Virus record (IMG/VR): IMGVR_UViG_3300043425_000861
Length of the DNA stretch: 64,000 nucleotides
DNA from: a virus
Reading direction: 5' to 3' (one strand)
In this document: positions 41,161 through 50,803 of the stretch, one piece after another
Layout of the letters: the number at the start of each line of letters is the position of its first letter
How positions within the stretch are numbered: position 1 is the first letter of the stretch
Translations under genes and position numbers: made by a program
The notes under the pieces: model-generated
Told to the model about the DNA's origin: nothing
What the model saw: only the letters and a program-made list of their open reading frames with translations
The model's database searches: none

Positions 41161-42438
41161 TTAAAAAGTTGTTTTCTGACCTAAAACTCTCCAAGTATTG
41201 TTTACTTTTATTAAACTAAATGCAAATATATCTGTTGAATTTGTTGTACCCGTTGGTTGACTACCTCCATACCAATTTATTGATACAGAACCTTCATCAT
41301 CTGAATTTATTTTTAACCCTGTTATTTTATAAGATGGAGTACCTTGTTCAACTATTACAGTAAGACCAATTGCTTTATTATTTGTTATCGGTGTTTCAAC
41401 AACATCAATTACAAAATCAGATGATGGGTTTGAAACATACGCAATTGAACCACTAAGAAAATTATGTGTAATTCCTGTTGACGGTGCATTATATGATACT
41501 AACTTTTCTGTTACAGAATCAATATTCGTAACTTGAGATATACTAGCACCTACTGAGGTTAAATTAAATGATGTATTAATACCACCATTTGGTATTACTA
41601 AGTTACTTCCTAATATGTTAACGTTTTCACCGTCTGTCAATAAGTTCAAATCCCCTGAACCAACAATTGTTGTTGCCTGAATGTTATTAACAAACTTAGC
41701 ACTACCACTAAATTCATATGTGTATCCTGTTGTTACAGAACCTGTGTTAAATCCTATCTTTCCTTCGCTTATAATACTAATCTGTGGGTTTTGCCAACTA
41801 TTAGAAGAGAATAAATGAACGTGAGTATGATTATAATCAGGACCATCCAAAGAACCAATATATAAATCTCTACCTCTGTTAATTAGGTATGCATCGTTTT
41901 GATAACCCACCGAAAACGGTGTAAGGAAACCACTTGAGTTAATACCCATATTAACATAATGTAAATTTTCAGTTCCATTATCTGCGGTAGCTACAAAGTC
42001 AGTACTTGCTCCCGCTGCAGAACTTTCATTCTTTATATTAAGTTGAAAATAATTGTCGACATTACCTTGAAGATGTGCAATGTTAAAACTTCCACTATTT
42101 TGGACGTGTAACATTTCAGGATTATTGGTGTGCCTACTACCACTCGGACCGATAATAACGGCATCTTTTATGGTTTGACTACCTAAAAATGTGTTAGACC
42201 CGGTAGTTGCGTATGACCCGGTTTTTAACTCAATTGAGTTTAATCTGTTTGTTACACTTGAAGTGTGTGTATTAAATGAAGAGGTTGTTACAAAATCACC
42301 TTCCGCGGCCGTTACATATGCTGTTAATTCACCTAACGCCATTCTGTAGGTGGTAATTCCATCATCATAAACGGTATACCCCGTAAGACTTGGGTTTGTT
42401 ATTCCTGATAGTTCTGATATTAGTTTATTTTCTGCCAT
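41161..42438 (-). CDS. Tail fibre-like protein
   Basis: N-terminal KLISEL, ATTGSNTFLGSQTI fibre motif, and a C-terminal W.GG..PT.T....DIF.F tip domain. Confidence 0.75.
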   Translation of the reverse strand: MAENKLISELSGITNPSLTGYTVYDDGITTYRMALGELTAYVTAAEGDFVTTSSFNTHTSSVTNRLNSIELKTGSYATTGSNTFLGSQTIKDAVIIGPSGSRHTNNPEMLHVQNSGSFNIAHLQGNVDNYFQLNIKNESSAAGASTDFVATADNGTENLHYVNMGINSSGFLTPFSVGYQNDAYLINRGRDLYIGSLDGPDYNHTHVHLFSSNSWQNPQISIISEGKIGFNTGSVTTGYTYEFSGSAKFVNNIQATTIVGSGDLNLLTDGENVNILGSNLVIPNGGINTSFNLTSVGASISQVTNIDSVTEKLVSYNAPSTGITHNFLSGSIAYVSNPSSDFVIDVVETPITNNKAIGLTVIVEQGTPSYKITGLKINSDDEGSVSINWYGGSQPTGTTNSTDIFAFSLIKVNNTWRVLGQKTTF

Positions 42439-42456
42439 TTCTATAAATATTAGTTT

Positions 42457-43497
42457 TTATGTTCTATATAGTATGTGTGTGCCGTCACTACCGGTTAAGA
42501 TTTCATCATTTTGATTTATAATGTGACCCCCCTCTATGGTGTAAACATCATCTTCACAATTTTGACCACATATAAAGAAATCGTATTGATTTAATCTCGT
42601 TAAAAAATTATGTCTAACGTGAACGAAGTCTAATGGTTCTTCATAATACTTGATTGTCTTCATATTAAAACAACAAGTTCCATTATGGAAGTTATTCATA
42701 TATCCTGTTCCACCACCCCAAGATTGTATAAATGGTTGAGCTCCTCTTTCTGAAGGTATAATCTCCTCCCAATCCTCTTTTTTATAAATCGGTCTTCCGT
42801 TTAGATATATTTTAAGCGTTCCCAATCTTCTTTCCCTTTCTGATGACCATTTTTTCCGTAATTCTTCTTGGTCAGAAAAAATTGTTGTTTGTGTTGACGT
42901 AATAGAACTACCACTAGGTGGAGTATATGGTATCGTCTTTATACCAGGTATCAAATCATTCCAACCACCGTCATTTTCTAAATTACAATCGGTGTATCTT
43001 TTATATCTATCAAATACTATTGTTACATTAAAATCTTTTGTTGCACCTGTTGTACAAAGTTGCGGAGTTGTATCTTGGTCCAAATAATAAGATTCGGAAT
43101 ATCCATCGGTTGGGTCACAAACACCTGAATATCTGTAAGCCACCCATTTTATTCTTCTATCAGCAGTAAATTGAAACGATAAGTTATTGTCGGCATAATC
43201 TTCAATATCATTATCCCCTCTAACACCAATGTAATAAAATACATTATTTGAATACCAATTGACATTATTTCTATTGAATATAAAATCCAAAGTCCAACCT
43301 TTTTCAGTTCTTCTTTTAACTATTGGGTCACAATTATCCATCCCTAAACCTGAATTTATTTTATATGCCCAAGGTTTGTTAGATAATTTTAATGGTGTTG
43401 GACAACAACTTAAACCACTTAAAATAGATGTACAATCTATAATATTTTTTGTAAAACCTGATAGAATTAAAGACTCCGTTAATTGATTATATCCCAC
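42457..43497 (-). CDS. Virion protein with a ConA-like domain; possible C-terminal half of a split gene
   Basis: GTG start inside a KIVG repeat; GWTLDFIF and LKIYLNG motifs. Confidence 0.6.
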   Translation of the reverse strand: MGYNQLTESLILSGFTKNIIDCTSILSGLSCCPTPLKLSNKPWAYKINSGLGMDNCDPIVKRRTEKGWTLDFIFNRNNVNWYSNNVFYYIGVRGDNDIEDYADNNLSFQFTADRRIKWVAYRYSGVCDPTDGYSESYYLDQDTTPQLCTTGATKDFNVTIVFDRYKRYTDCNLENDGGWNDLIPGIKTIPYTPPSGSSITSTQTTIFSDQEELRKKWSSERERRLGTLKIYLNGRPIYKKEDWEEIIPSERGAQPFIQSWGGGTGYMNNFHNGTCCFNMKTIKYYEEPLDFVHVRHNFLTRLNQYDFFICGQNCEDDVYTIEGGHIINQNDEILTGSDGTHILYRT

Positions 43498-43511
43498 AAT
43501 TTTATTTTTTT

Positions 43512-44216
43512 TTAAAATTTATTTTCAATCGGTAAACATATTTCTCCATATTCGTTTAATAATCTCTTCATATCTGAAAAAGAAATATATGCTCGACCAT
43601 CTTTACCCCAACCCTTCCCCCAACTATTTTTTATTCTAAACAATTCTTTCTCAACATTCACACCATTTATTACGTATGCGTGTGCTCCTGATTTTTCACC
43701 ACCAATTTGAATTAAACCATTTTCATTAGGATAGAACATATCATAGTACCAAATTGTACCGGCAATTACCGGTCCTGTATTTAATATTGTATAAACTAAT
43801 GTTTGAATATCCTTTATCCACAAATATTTTTTTATCTTTTTTATGTTTTTTAAGTATTTTGCACCTGCTCTAATAGAAGTACCATTATAATTTTCACCGG
43901 GTATTGAGTCCAACTTTTGTGCCTCATTATATATTGTTATAGGGTATAATATTGGTTTTGATTCTGATTGATGTGTTATCGGACCATCTTCAATCCAATG
44001 ACACCAAGCACAACCAACACATATCGGTAATCTATCTTGATTTTCCCACCAATAATCGTCCAACCAATATTTTGTGTTTGAACTTGATACATTACCTATT
44101 AAGTTTTTTTGAAATACGTAATTATCGTCTCTATAATCCCTCACCCAAAATCTACCTAACTTGTATGGAGTTTCTATATCACTTGAAAAAAATTCGATTT
44201 GTTGACTATATGACAT
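43512..44216 (-). CDS. Papain-like cysteine peptidase (C1 family)
   Basis: Q....CVG.A, GAHAY and NSWG..WG..G catalytic motifs. Confidence 0.9.
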   Translation of the reverse strand: MSYSQQIEFFSSDIETPYKLGRFWVRDYRDDNYVFQKNLIGNVSSSNTKYWLDDYWWENQDRLPICVGCAWCHWIEDGPITHQSESKPILYPITIYNEAQKLDSIPGENYNGTSIRAGAKYLKNIKKIKKYLWIKDIQTLVYTILNTGPVIAGTIWYYDMFYPNENGLIQIGGEKSGAHAYVINGVNVEKELFRIKNSWGKGWGKDGRAYISFSDMKRLLNEYGEICLPIENKF

Positions 44217-44238
44217 TATTATATTGTTAGTTTTATTT

Positions 44239-45525
44239 TTATGGTGTTGGTTCCGTAGGAATTAAATGACTATAATCAAAGTTATAGCAAGATGCATTTT
44301 GGAAAACAGAGAATACATTCTCTTGATTATTATTTAGATTATATAACTTAATTGGTACTCCACGAGAATCCTCAATTAATGTTTGGGTACTATCATCAAA
44401 ATCTAAAACATATCTTAATGCGGAACCATTAACACCGATGGCGGTTGTTCCTGTGAAAACAATTCCAGATATTGGCATTGAACAAACAACCTCACCTATT
44501 TTTTGTGGATTAGTTGTTCCATTATATAAATAAACAACAAAACCACCTGACGGAACATAAAATGGTACAATAGTTTGTCCATTATTTTGATTATAATAAA
44601 TTGCGGTTGCAGTACCACCAAAAGGAATGTCCAACCATTGTGTTAATTCTAAAGTTGTTAAATCACATTGATATATTGTCGACCCTGAAGTATTTTCACT
44701 ATTTGCTGAATTTTGAACAAGTAATGTATTATCATCATACATTGCAATACCATAACCCGCATTTCTTGAATACGTGAAATTATCAAATAATCTAAATGAC
44801 CTTATAAATTCAGCACTTAAACACCCATCAACACTAATAGTATAATCATATTCAAGATAATTTCCTCCAACATCTACAACAAATAATTTAGTGTCATTCA
44901 TAGCAACACCACTATTCACATATCTAGTTCCGCCTGATTCTATGGGTACAATTTGACTACTTGGTATTGTAGTAAGATATTTGAATCCTTGTATATCATT
45001 AGGATTATAATAAAAAATATTTGTAAAATAACCATTACTAAAGAAAATCGGACAATTTTCGGTGATACCTGACGTACATTCAGGATTCGCATCCATACCG
45101 GGTAATACTGTAATATCCGTATTTAAAGGATTATTAAAACCTACAATTTTAAAATAATGGGTTTCACCGGTAATACCTGTATATGTATATATATCATTGT
45201 TTAGAATTGTAAATTCATACGGAGAACCAAAATAACCCACAAAATTATCATAATCTAATGTGAATGATAATCCTGAATAGATATAATCAGGGTCATTTGA
45301 TGAATTATCGTACTCAGACAGAGTAATTGTGTTTCTTGAACAACTTGCATAAGCTAACCCCGTGTCAATCGTTAATCCCGTATATGTTATTGGAACTGTT
45401 AAATCTAAAACGTCCTCATTGTAGTCTTCTTGGACTTTTGATATCTCATAATCGTAAAATTCTGAACTATCTAGCTTAACATCCAACCTCGAACCGTAAA
45501 ATTTTAAAATATTTTGGGTATTCAT
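44239..45525 (-). CDS. Virion protein with a variable beta-propeller-like C-terminus
   Basis: Likely start MNTQ at 45525, just after TATTTATA; T/S/G-rich; ends in IPTEPTP. Confidence 0.6.
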   Translation of the reverse strand: MNTQNILKFYGSRLDVKLDSSEFYDYEISKVQEDYNEDVLDLTVPITYTGLTIDTGLAYASCSRNTITLSEYDNSSNDPDYIYSGLSFTLDYDNFVGYFGSPYEFTILNNDIYTYTGITGETHYFKIVGFNNPLNTDITVLPGMDANPECTSGITENCPIFFSNGYFTNIFYYNPNDIQGFKYLTTIPSSQIVPIESGGTRYVNSGVAMNDTKLFVVDVGGNYLEYDYTISVDGCLSAEFIRSFRLFDNFTYSRNAGYGIAMYDDNTLLVQNSANSENTSGSTIYQCDLTTLELTQWLDIPFGGTATAIYYNQNNGQTIVPFYVPSGGFVVYLYNGTTNPQKIGEVVCSMPISGIVFTGTTAIGVNGSALRYVLDFDDSTQTLIEDSRGVPIKLYNLNNNQENVFSVFQNASCYNFDYSHLIPTEPTP

Positions 45526-45529
45526 ACTA

Positions 45530-45564
45530 ATATAAATATCTTTCATAACATTTGATATTTATAT
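45530..45564. promoter_or_regulatory. Back-to-back divergent late promoters at the strand switch
   Basis: 11-bp inverted repeat ATATAAATATC-N13-GATATTTATAT; each arm gives TATTTATA on the strand of its downstream gene. Confidence 0.65.
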
Positions 45565-45574
45565 AAAAACCATA

Positions 45575-46369
45575 TTGATGAATCAATTTATAAAACAAGT
45601 TATTGAAGAGAAGTTTGCATCGAAAAAACAACAAAGATTTTTCTATGCAAAGGCGAACGAAAAGGGTGCGTCAACTAAGGAGAAGAAGAAATGGGGTAAG
45701 TGGGCTAAAGAATTTTCAGATAAAACAGATTTTGAAAAAATACCTGAAAAGGTAGAAAAAGGAACTGAAATGGATGAGATTGTGGATGCCGATGGTAACA
45801 TCGCATCAAGTGACAAACCAACGAATTTGGCAACAAAAGGAGTAACAGTTAAAGATACCACAGACGATTACGTTCAATCATATATGAACACCATAGGTAC
45901 GTTTGGTGCTTTTGGACCTGCAAGTAAAAATATTTCACAATTAAAATATTGGGCTGAAGGTGTAGAGTTAACCAAAAAGGATATGCTCGAAATTGCAATG
46001 AACAAATCACTTGGATATGATGAAACAATGGGTGTGGATGCAGATTATGAAGATGCTGAAGAACATTTTAAAGATGAATTAGGATTACCTGACGACGAGG
46101 CTGATGAAAGATTAGAAAAGATGGGGTATGATGAAAAGTTAAAAGATACTGATAAAGTTCGATTAGTTGAGAACCCTAAAAAATTCGTTGAGGAGTATTT
46201 GGAAAGTATTATGTCCAAAAGAACCAAAGTGAATGATGTTTTAGAAAAAGATGAAGAAACTAAAATGTCACCAATCATCAGAAGACAAATTAAAGTATTA
46301 CTTAATACTTTGAAAGATAATGGAATATCACCAAGTGTTATTTTAAAACACACAGAAGATAATGAATAG
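45575..46369 (+). CDS. Acidic/basic late protein, possible head-internal protein
   Basis: N-terminal IKQVIEEKFASKKQQRFFY; late motif upstream. Confidence 0.6.
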   Translation: MMNQFIKQVIEEKFASKKQQRFFYAKANEKGASTKEKKKWGKWAKEFSDKTDFEKIPEKVEKGTEMDEIVDADGNIASSDKPTNLATKGVTVKDTTDDYVQSYMNTIGTFGAFGPASKNISQLKYWAEGVELTKKDMLEIAMNKSLGYDETMGVDADYEDAEEHFKDELGLPDDEADERLEKMGYDEKLKDTDKVRLVENPKKFVEEYLESIMSKRTKVNDVLEKDEETKMSPIIRRQIKVLLNTLKDNGISPSVILKHTEDNE

Positions 46370-46841
46370 TGAATTACAAGGTAGAGAATACGATTTACCA
46401 TTAAACTTAATACAACACTTGAATGTACAATTAGGTGCGAGTTCTGATAATACCGAAGGTGTTAATAGAGCTAAAAATCTAATTCAATCAGGTAAAGTGA
46501 ATTATGGTCAATTGAAAAGAATACTTCACGACCTCAAATCTGTTGATAAAGTAAAAGACCCAAAAACATATAATTTATATGGTGGTGAACCTATGGAATC
46601 ATTTGGTTGGTCAATATTAGGTCAAGATAGAGACCAAATAACAAATAGAAAAGAAGGTAGAAAGAAAGCGGATGAGATGGGTGGAATTACGGGAGAAAGA
46701 AAAAATAGTTTTTTAAAGAAACATAGTAAAAAACCTGACTTCTTACCACAACTTAATATGGTTAAAAATAATTCATTTAAAACACCAATATCTTCATTGG
46801 GATTATTTGAACAAATTGAAAGAATTAAAAATTTAATGTAA
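46362..46841 (+). CDS. Hypothetical late protein
   Basis: G..RAK.L...LKRI..YGG; C-terminal LFEQIERIKNLM. Confidence 0.7.
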   Translation: MNSELQGREYDLPLNLIQHLNVQLGASSDNTEGVNRAKNLIQSGKVNYGQLKRILHDLKSVDKVKDPKTYNLYGGEPMESFGWSILGQDRDQITNRKEGRKKADEMGGITGERKNSFLKKHSKKPDFLPQLNMVKNNSFKTPISSLGLFEQIERIKNLM

Positions 46842-46842
46842 T

Positions 46843-47502
46843 ATGGCAACACAACTTGAGCTACTTGCTGAAAAATATAGAAAAGAACACATAAGTAAAA
46901 ATTCCTATACTGATAAAGGAATCTATAGCTCAATGCACGAAAATGCGTTATCTACTGGTGATGAAAAAGGTAAAGGTGATAATGAAGGTAAAATCGGTTC
47001 CAAAGTTGACATCAACTCAAGGATTGATAGTTTAGCAAGAAATACATATAATAGTTCTAACGAATATTCTGACGCAAATCGTAACGCATTATCTGATGGT
47101 GACGAAAAGGGTAAAGGAGAAAGTAATGGACAAGTCGGTTCAACAACAGACATTAATACAAGAATTTCACTTTTAGGTAGAAATTTATATAACGATGGTT
47201 TTGGATATGGGGTTACAAACCCAAATGCAATATCTGATGGTGATGAAAGAGGTAAAGGAGAAAATAGTGGTAAAGTGGGTTCATCTACCGATATTAACTT
47301 AAGAACACAAAACCTAAGTAAAAATTTATATGGAAGTAATAACTCATATGGATTAACTCACCCGAATGCAATTTCAGATAATGACGAAAAAGGTAAGGGT
47401 GAAAATAATGGTCAAGTTGGTTCAACAACCGATATTAATACAAGAAATCAAGTAGTTGCAACTAATAAATTTAACAAAAACAAAGGTTATCCTGATTTTT
47501 AA
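46843..47502 (+). CDS. Tandem-repeat protein (4 x 47 aa)
   Basis: NA[LI]SxGDE[KR]GKGxxxGx[IV]GSxxDINxR units start at 46942, 47083, 47224 and 47365 (141-bp period). Confidence 0.85.
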   Translation: MATQLELLAEKYRKEHISKNSYTDKGIYSSMHENALSTGDEKGKGDNEGKIGSKVDINSRIDSLARNTYNSSNEYSDANRNALSDGDEKGKGESNGQVGSTTDINTRISLLGRNLYNDGFGYGVTNPNAISDGDERGKGENSGKVGSSTDINLRTQNLSKNLYGSNNSYGLTHPNAISDNDEKGKGENNGQVGSTTDINTRNQVVATNKFNKNKGYPDF

Positions 47503-48416
47503 TGGGTATTATATCTAACATATTTAAATTATTACTGAACGAACAGGCAGATACTAAAACTCTCTTGATTAGGAATGCTATTAGTGAGAGAAAACCCATC
47601 ACTATTGATTATAGAAGTGATGATGATGAGGTATTGAATGGTTTAAGATATGATATTGAACCTGTCGTTTTAGGAACTAATGCAAAATCAGGTAATAAAG
47701 TATTTTGGGCGTACGTTTTTAAAGGAACTTCTAAAAAAGGATTACCCGGATGGAAAATGTTTAGACTTGACCGAGTTAAGGAAGTAAAAACAAAACCAGG
47801 TTTAAACCCTTTTAAATTAACTGACTTACCCGATTACCAAAAAGGTAAAGCACCAAATGCAATGAAATCTTTAAGTCAGGTTGACGTGTTCTCACCATAT
47901 TGGTTCGAAGACGACCCGAGATTTAAAAAGGACCAACCGACACAACCAGCACCACCACAACCTAAAAAGATTGTTCCAAAAACAACTCCTACAGCAAAAC
48001 CACAACCACAACCTACTCCGACACCACAACCTGAACCTTCGGTTCAACCTGACAAACCTATTGAGAAACCTGAACCAAATGAACCTAAGTATGGTCAGGA
48101 AGTTTACAATACTTTAAAGAGTAAAATAAAAGATGTAAATGGTGAGAAAGTTCTTAGTCGTCAAGATTATGAATCTGCCGTTAAGGATTTATATAACAAA
48201 AAAGAAGGTGAGTGGAAAAATTACCAAAGACAAATTAGTGGTAATGAAAGACCCGGTGAAGGAACAAGACAAAGGTTTGATAAATCATCAAGAGCCGAAT
48301 TAGATACATTAATTTCTCAAGATAATGTAAAATTAAGTGATGAAAATCAACCAAATACAACACCTGAGAATTTATCAGAAACAATTAGAAGATTTAAAAT
48401 CTTGATAAATTCATAA
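47502..48416 (+). CDS. WYL-domain protein with a Pro-rich linker
   Basis: AI.ERK.ITIDY...RYDIEP..LG.....WAY......WKMFRLDRV. Confidence 0.8.
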   Translation: MGIISNIFKLLLNEQADTKTLLIRNAISERKPITIDYRSDDDEVLNGLRYDIEPVVLGTNAKSGNKVFWAYVFKGTSKKGLPGWKMFRLDRVKEVKTKPGLNPFKLTDLPDYQKGKAPNAMKSLSQVDVFSPYWFEDDPRFKKDQPTQPAPPQPKKIVPKTTPTAKPQPQPTPTPQPEPSVQPDKPIEKPEPNEPKYGQEVYNTLKSKIKDVNGEKVLSRQDYESAVKDLYNKKEGEWKNYQRQISGNERPGEGTRQRFDKSSRAELDTLISQDNVKLSDENQPNTTPENLSETIRRFKILINS

Positions 48417-48436
48417 ATTAAAAATATATTTATAAT

Positions 48437-49027
48437 ATGTCAAAATTAAACAACGGTCCAATATCGTCAAACGATTTAATGAGTAAATTGGTACAAGCGA
48501 AAAAATTAATGAATAAGGTCGATACCGGTGATTTCGAAAGAGGTAACATAGATGAGAGTAAATTAATGGCTCCATCAAACGATTCCGATTTTCTTTCTGA
48601 ATCTTACGAACAACCACAAGTAAATACAAGACCTGTAGGTACACCAACAGCAGATAGAATTCAACAATCTAAATTACCTGACGCAATTAAAAGGGCTATG
48701 ATTGAAAATCCTATTCCACAAATTTCTTTAAGTGATAGTTTAGATATGGATTTCGTTAAAGGTGCGAAACGATTAATGGAACAAGAAGGTGTACAACCAA
48801 AACAAACACAAAAGAAACAATCTCCACAACCCACAGGTAATGCTAGTGGTGTGAATATGAACGCGTTAGCAACATTAATTGAAAATACGGTTAGAAAAGT
48901 TATGGACGAAAAGTTAAGTCAAATTTTGACAGCACAACAAACATCTACAATTAATGAGAATCTTGTTTTAAAAGTTGGTGATTCGATATTCAAAGGTAAA
49001 ATTACTGGTGTAAATAAGGCAAAGTAG
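48437..49027 (+). CDS. Hypothetical late protein
   Basis: SKLPDAIKRAMIENPI; TATTTATA lies 2 nt before the ATG. Confidence 0.7.
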   Translation: MSKLNNGPISSNDLMSKLVQAKKLMNKVDTGDFERGNIDESKLMAPSNDSDFLSESYEQPQVNTRPVGTPTADRIQQSKLPDAIKRAMIENPIPQISLSDSLDMDFVKGAKRLMEQEGVQPKQTQKKQSPQPTGNASGVNMNALATLIENTVRKVMDEKLSQILTAQQTSTINENLVLKVGDSIFKGKITGVNKAK

Positions 49028-49028
49028 T

Positions 49029-49059
49029 TTTGTTTTTTCATTTTTTTTCATTATATTTT
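49029..49059 (+). promoter_or_regulatory. Bacteroidota sigmaA-like promoter
   Basis: TTTG(49029-49032)-N19-TATATTTT. Confidence 0.55.
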
Positions 49060-49078
49060 TGATATAGCCACACTTTAA

Positions 49079-50323
49079 GTGGTATTACTTATTATGTCAA
49101 AAATTAGAATTTTAGCTATTCCATCAGACCAATATGGCGTTGGTAAATTTAGAATTATGGGTCCCTATACCCACTTACAAGAAAACTATGGGGATGATTT
49201 TCACATCGATATAAAATACAATGTTGAAGACAACGATTCGGAATTTGATAATTACGATGTTGTCGTTTTACATAGCTTTATTCACAATAAAGTACCCTTT
49301 GAAAAAAACATCGAAAGAATTGATTGGTTAAAAAAGAAAGGTGTTACTGTTGTATGTGATATCGACGATTATTGGGAACCTGACCATAGACACCCAATGC
49401 ATCGACAAATTATCAAAAGTGAAACCCACAAAAAGAAAGTTCAATTACTAAGAGCAGCAGATTATGTAACTACCACCACACCAATATTCAGAGATACTAT
49501 AATGAATAGATTAGGTGTTAAGAATGTATTGGTATTTCCAAACGCAATCGACGAAAAAGAAGCACAATTCAAACCTAACCCTGAAAAATCGGATAAAATT
49601 AGATTTGGATGGTTAGGGGGTTCTTCACACTTTCACGATTTAGAATTAATTAAAAGTGGAATCTCGAGTACATTATCTTCATACAAGGATAAGACTCAGT
49701 TTGTACTATGTGGTTTTGATTTAAGAGGTAACGTAAATGAAGTTAACCAACAAACAGGTGAAGTGAAACAAAGACCCATTAAACCTATGGAAACTGTTTG
49801 GTATCAATATGAAAAAATGTTCACAGATGATTATAAGATATTGTCTGAGGAGTATAAGAACTATCTTTTATCTTTCAAAGAAGATGATTACAATGATGTT
49901 AATGAACCATATAGAAGAAGATGGACAAAAGAAATTTCAAAATATGCAACAAACTATAATTTGTTTGATGTATCTTTAGCACCTGTTGTTGAAAGTTTAT
50001 TTAATGGTAACAAATCCCAATTAAAAGTTATCGAAGCAGGGTTTCATAAGAAAGCAATCATTGCGAGTGAATGTGACCCATACACTATTGACTTGATAAG
50101 TGCGGTTGACCAAGGAACATTTAATAATAAAGGAAATGCGTTATTAGTATCCCCAAGAAAGAATCATAAACAATGGGCTCAACATATGAAAAAATTAGTT
50201 GAGAATCCTAATATGATTGAAGACTTAGGAAATAGACTTTATGAAACTGTTAAGGACAAATATTCTTTAAACACAGTTAATAAAAATAGAGCAGAGTTTT
50301 TCAAATCAATAATTAAAAAATAA
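49079..50323 (+). CDS. Glycosyltransferase (GT-B, GT4-like)
   Basis: DIDDYW, ADYVTTTT, PNAID, GWLGGSSH, D..LAP...FN..KS.LK.IEAG; probable start MSKI. Confidence 0.9.
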   Translation: MVLLIMSKIRILAIPSDQYGVGKFRIMGPYTHLQENYGDDFHIDIKYNVEDNDSEFDNYDVVVLHSFIHNKVPFEKNIERIDWLKKKGVTVVCDIDDYWEPDHRHPMHRQIIKSETHKKKVQLLRAADYVTTTTPIFRDTIMNRLGVKNVLVFPNAIDEKEAQFKPNPEKSDKIRFGWLGGSSHFHDLELIKSGISSTLSSYKDKTQFVLCGFDLRGNVNEVNQQTGEVKQRPIKPMETVWYQYEKMFTDDYKILSEEYKNYLLSFKEDDYNDVNEPYRRRWTKEISKYATNYNLFDVSLAPVVESLFNGNKSQLKVIEAGFHKKAIIASECDPYTIDLISAVDQGTFNNKGNALLVSPRKNHKQWAQHMKKLVENPNMIEDLGNRLYETVKDKYSLNTVNKNRAEFFKSIIKK

Positions 50324-50336
50324 AAAAAGAACAATT

Positions 50337-50570
50337 ATGTATTACTTAGTAACTATCGGTTATGAAACCGAACAAATGGACAGAGAAGGTAACCCACGTA
50401 TAAAAAAAGTTAAATACGTCCTTCAAGCAGAATCAGTAGAGGAAGCAACAATCGTAGCAGGAAAGTATCGTGCCGGTGACATTCGAGGAAGTGAAAGTTT
50501 AAGCGTTGTTAAAATGCCAATCGAATGTGTTATCGATGAAAAAAATACTCCTGAATATTACAAATCATAA
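50337..50570 (+). CDS. DUF4494-like small protein
   Basis: Y.V.IGYE....G....KVKYVLQAESVEEA. Confidence 0.55.
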   Translation: MYYLVTIGYETEQMDREGNPRIKKVKYVLQAESVEEATIVAGKYRAGDIRGSESLSVVKMPIECVIDEKNTPEYYKS

Positions 50571-50583
50571 AAAATAAAAAAAA

Positions 50584-50799
50584 ATGGAATTCTATAGTCG
50601 TGAAATACAGATTATGCGTCAATCCCAAAGTAAAATGGCTTTGGAGTATGTACAATCTGTTGGTGTGTCAGTAACTTTAGAGGAATTGGTACGAATTACT
50701 GATTTATTCGTTGAAATTTGTTTGAGACCACAAGACGAAGACCTTAAAAAAAGAATTAAGGCATTAGATAAATGGATTTCAGAAAAACGAAGTAATTAA
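50584..50799 (+). CDS. Hypothetical protein
   Basis: 71-aa ORF in the operon; I.RQS..K.A motif. Confidence 0.65.
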   Translation: MEFYSREIQIMRQSQSKMALEYVQSVGVSVTLEELVRITDLFVEICLRPQDEDLKKRIKALDKWISEKRSN

Positions 50800-50803
50800 T
50801 ATT

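Noticed and set aside
36063-45525. Diversity-generating retroelement acting on fibre genes
   Set aside because: I saw no reverse transcriptase and no TR/VR pair differing only at adenines in this window.
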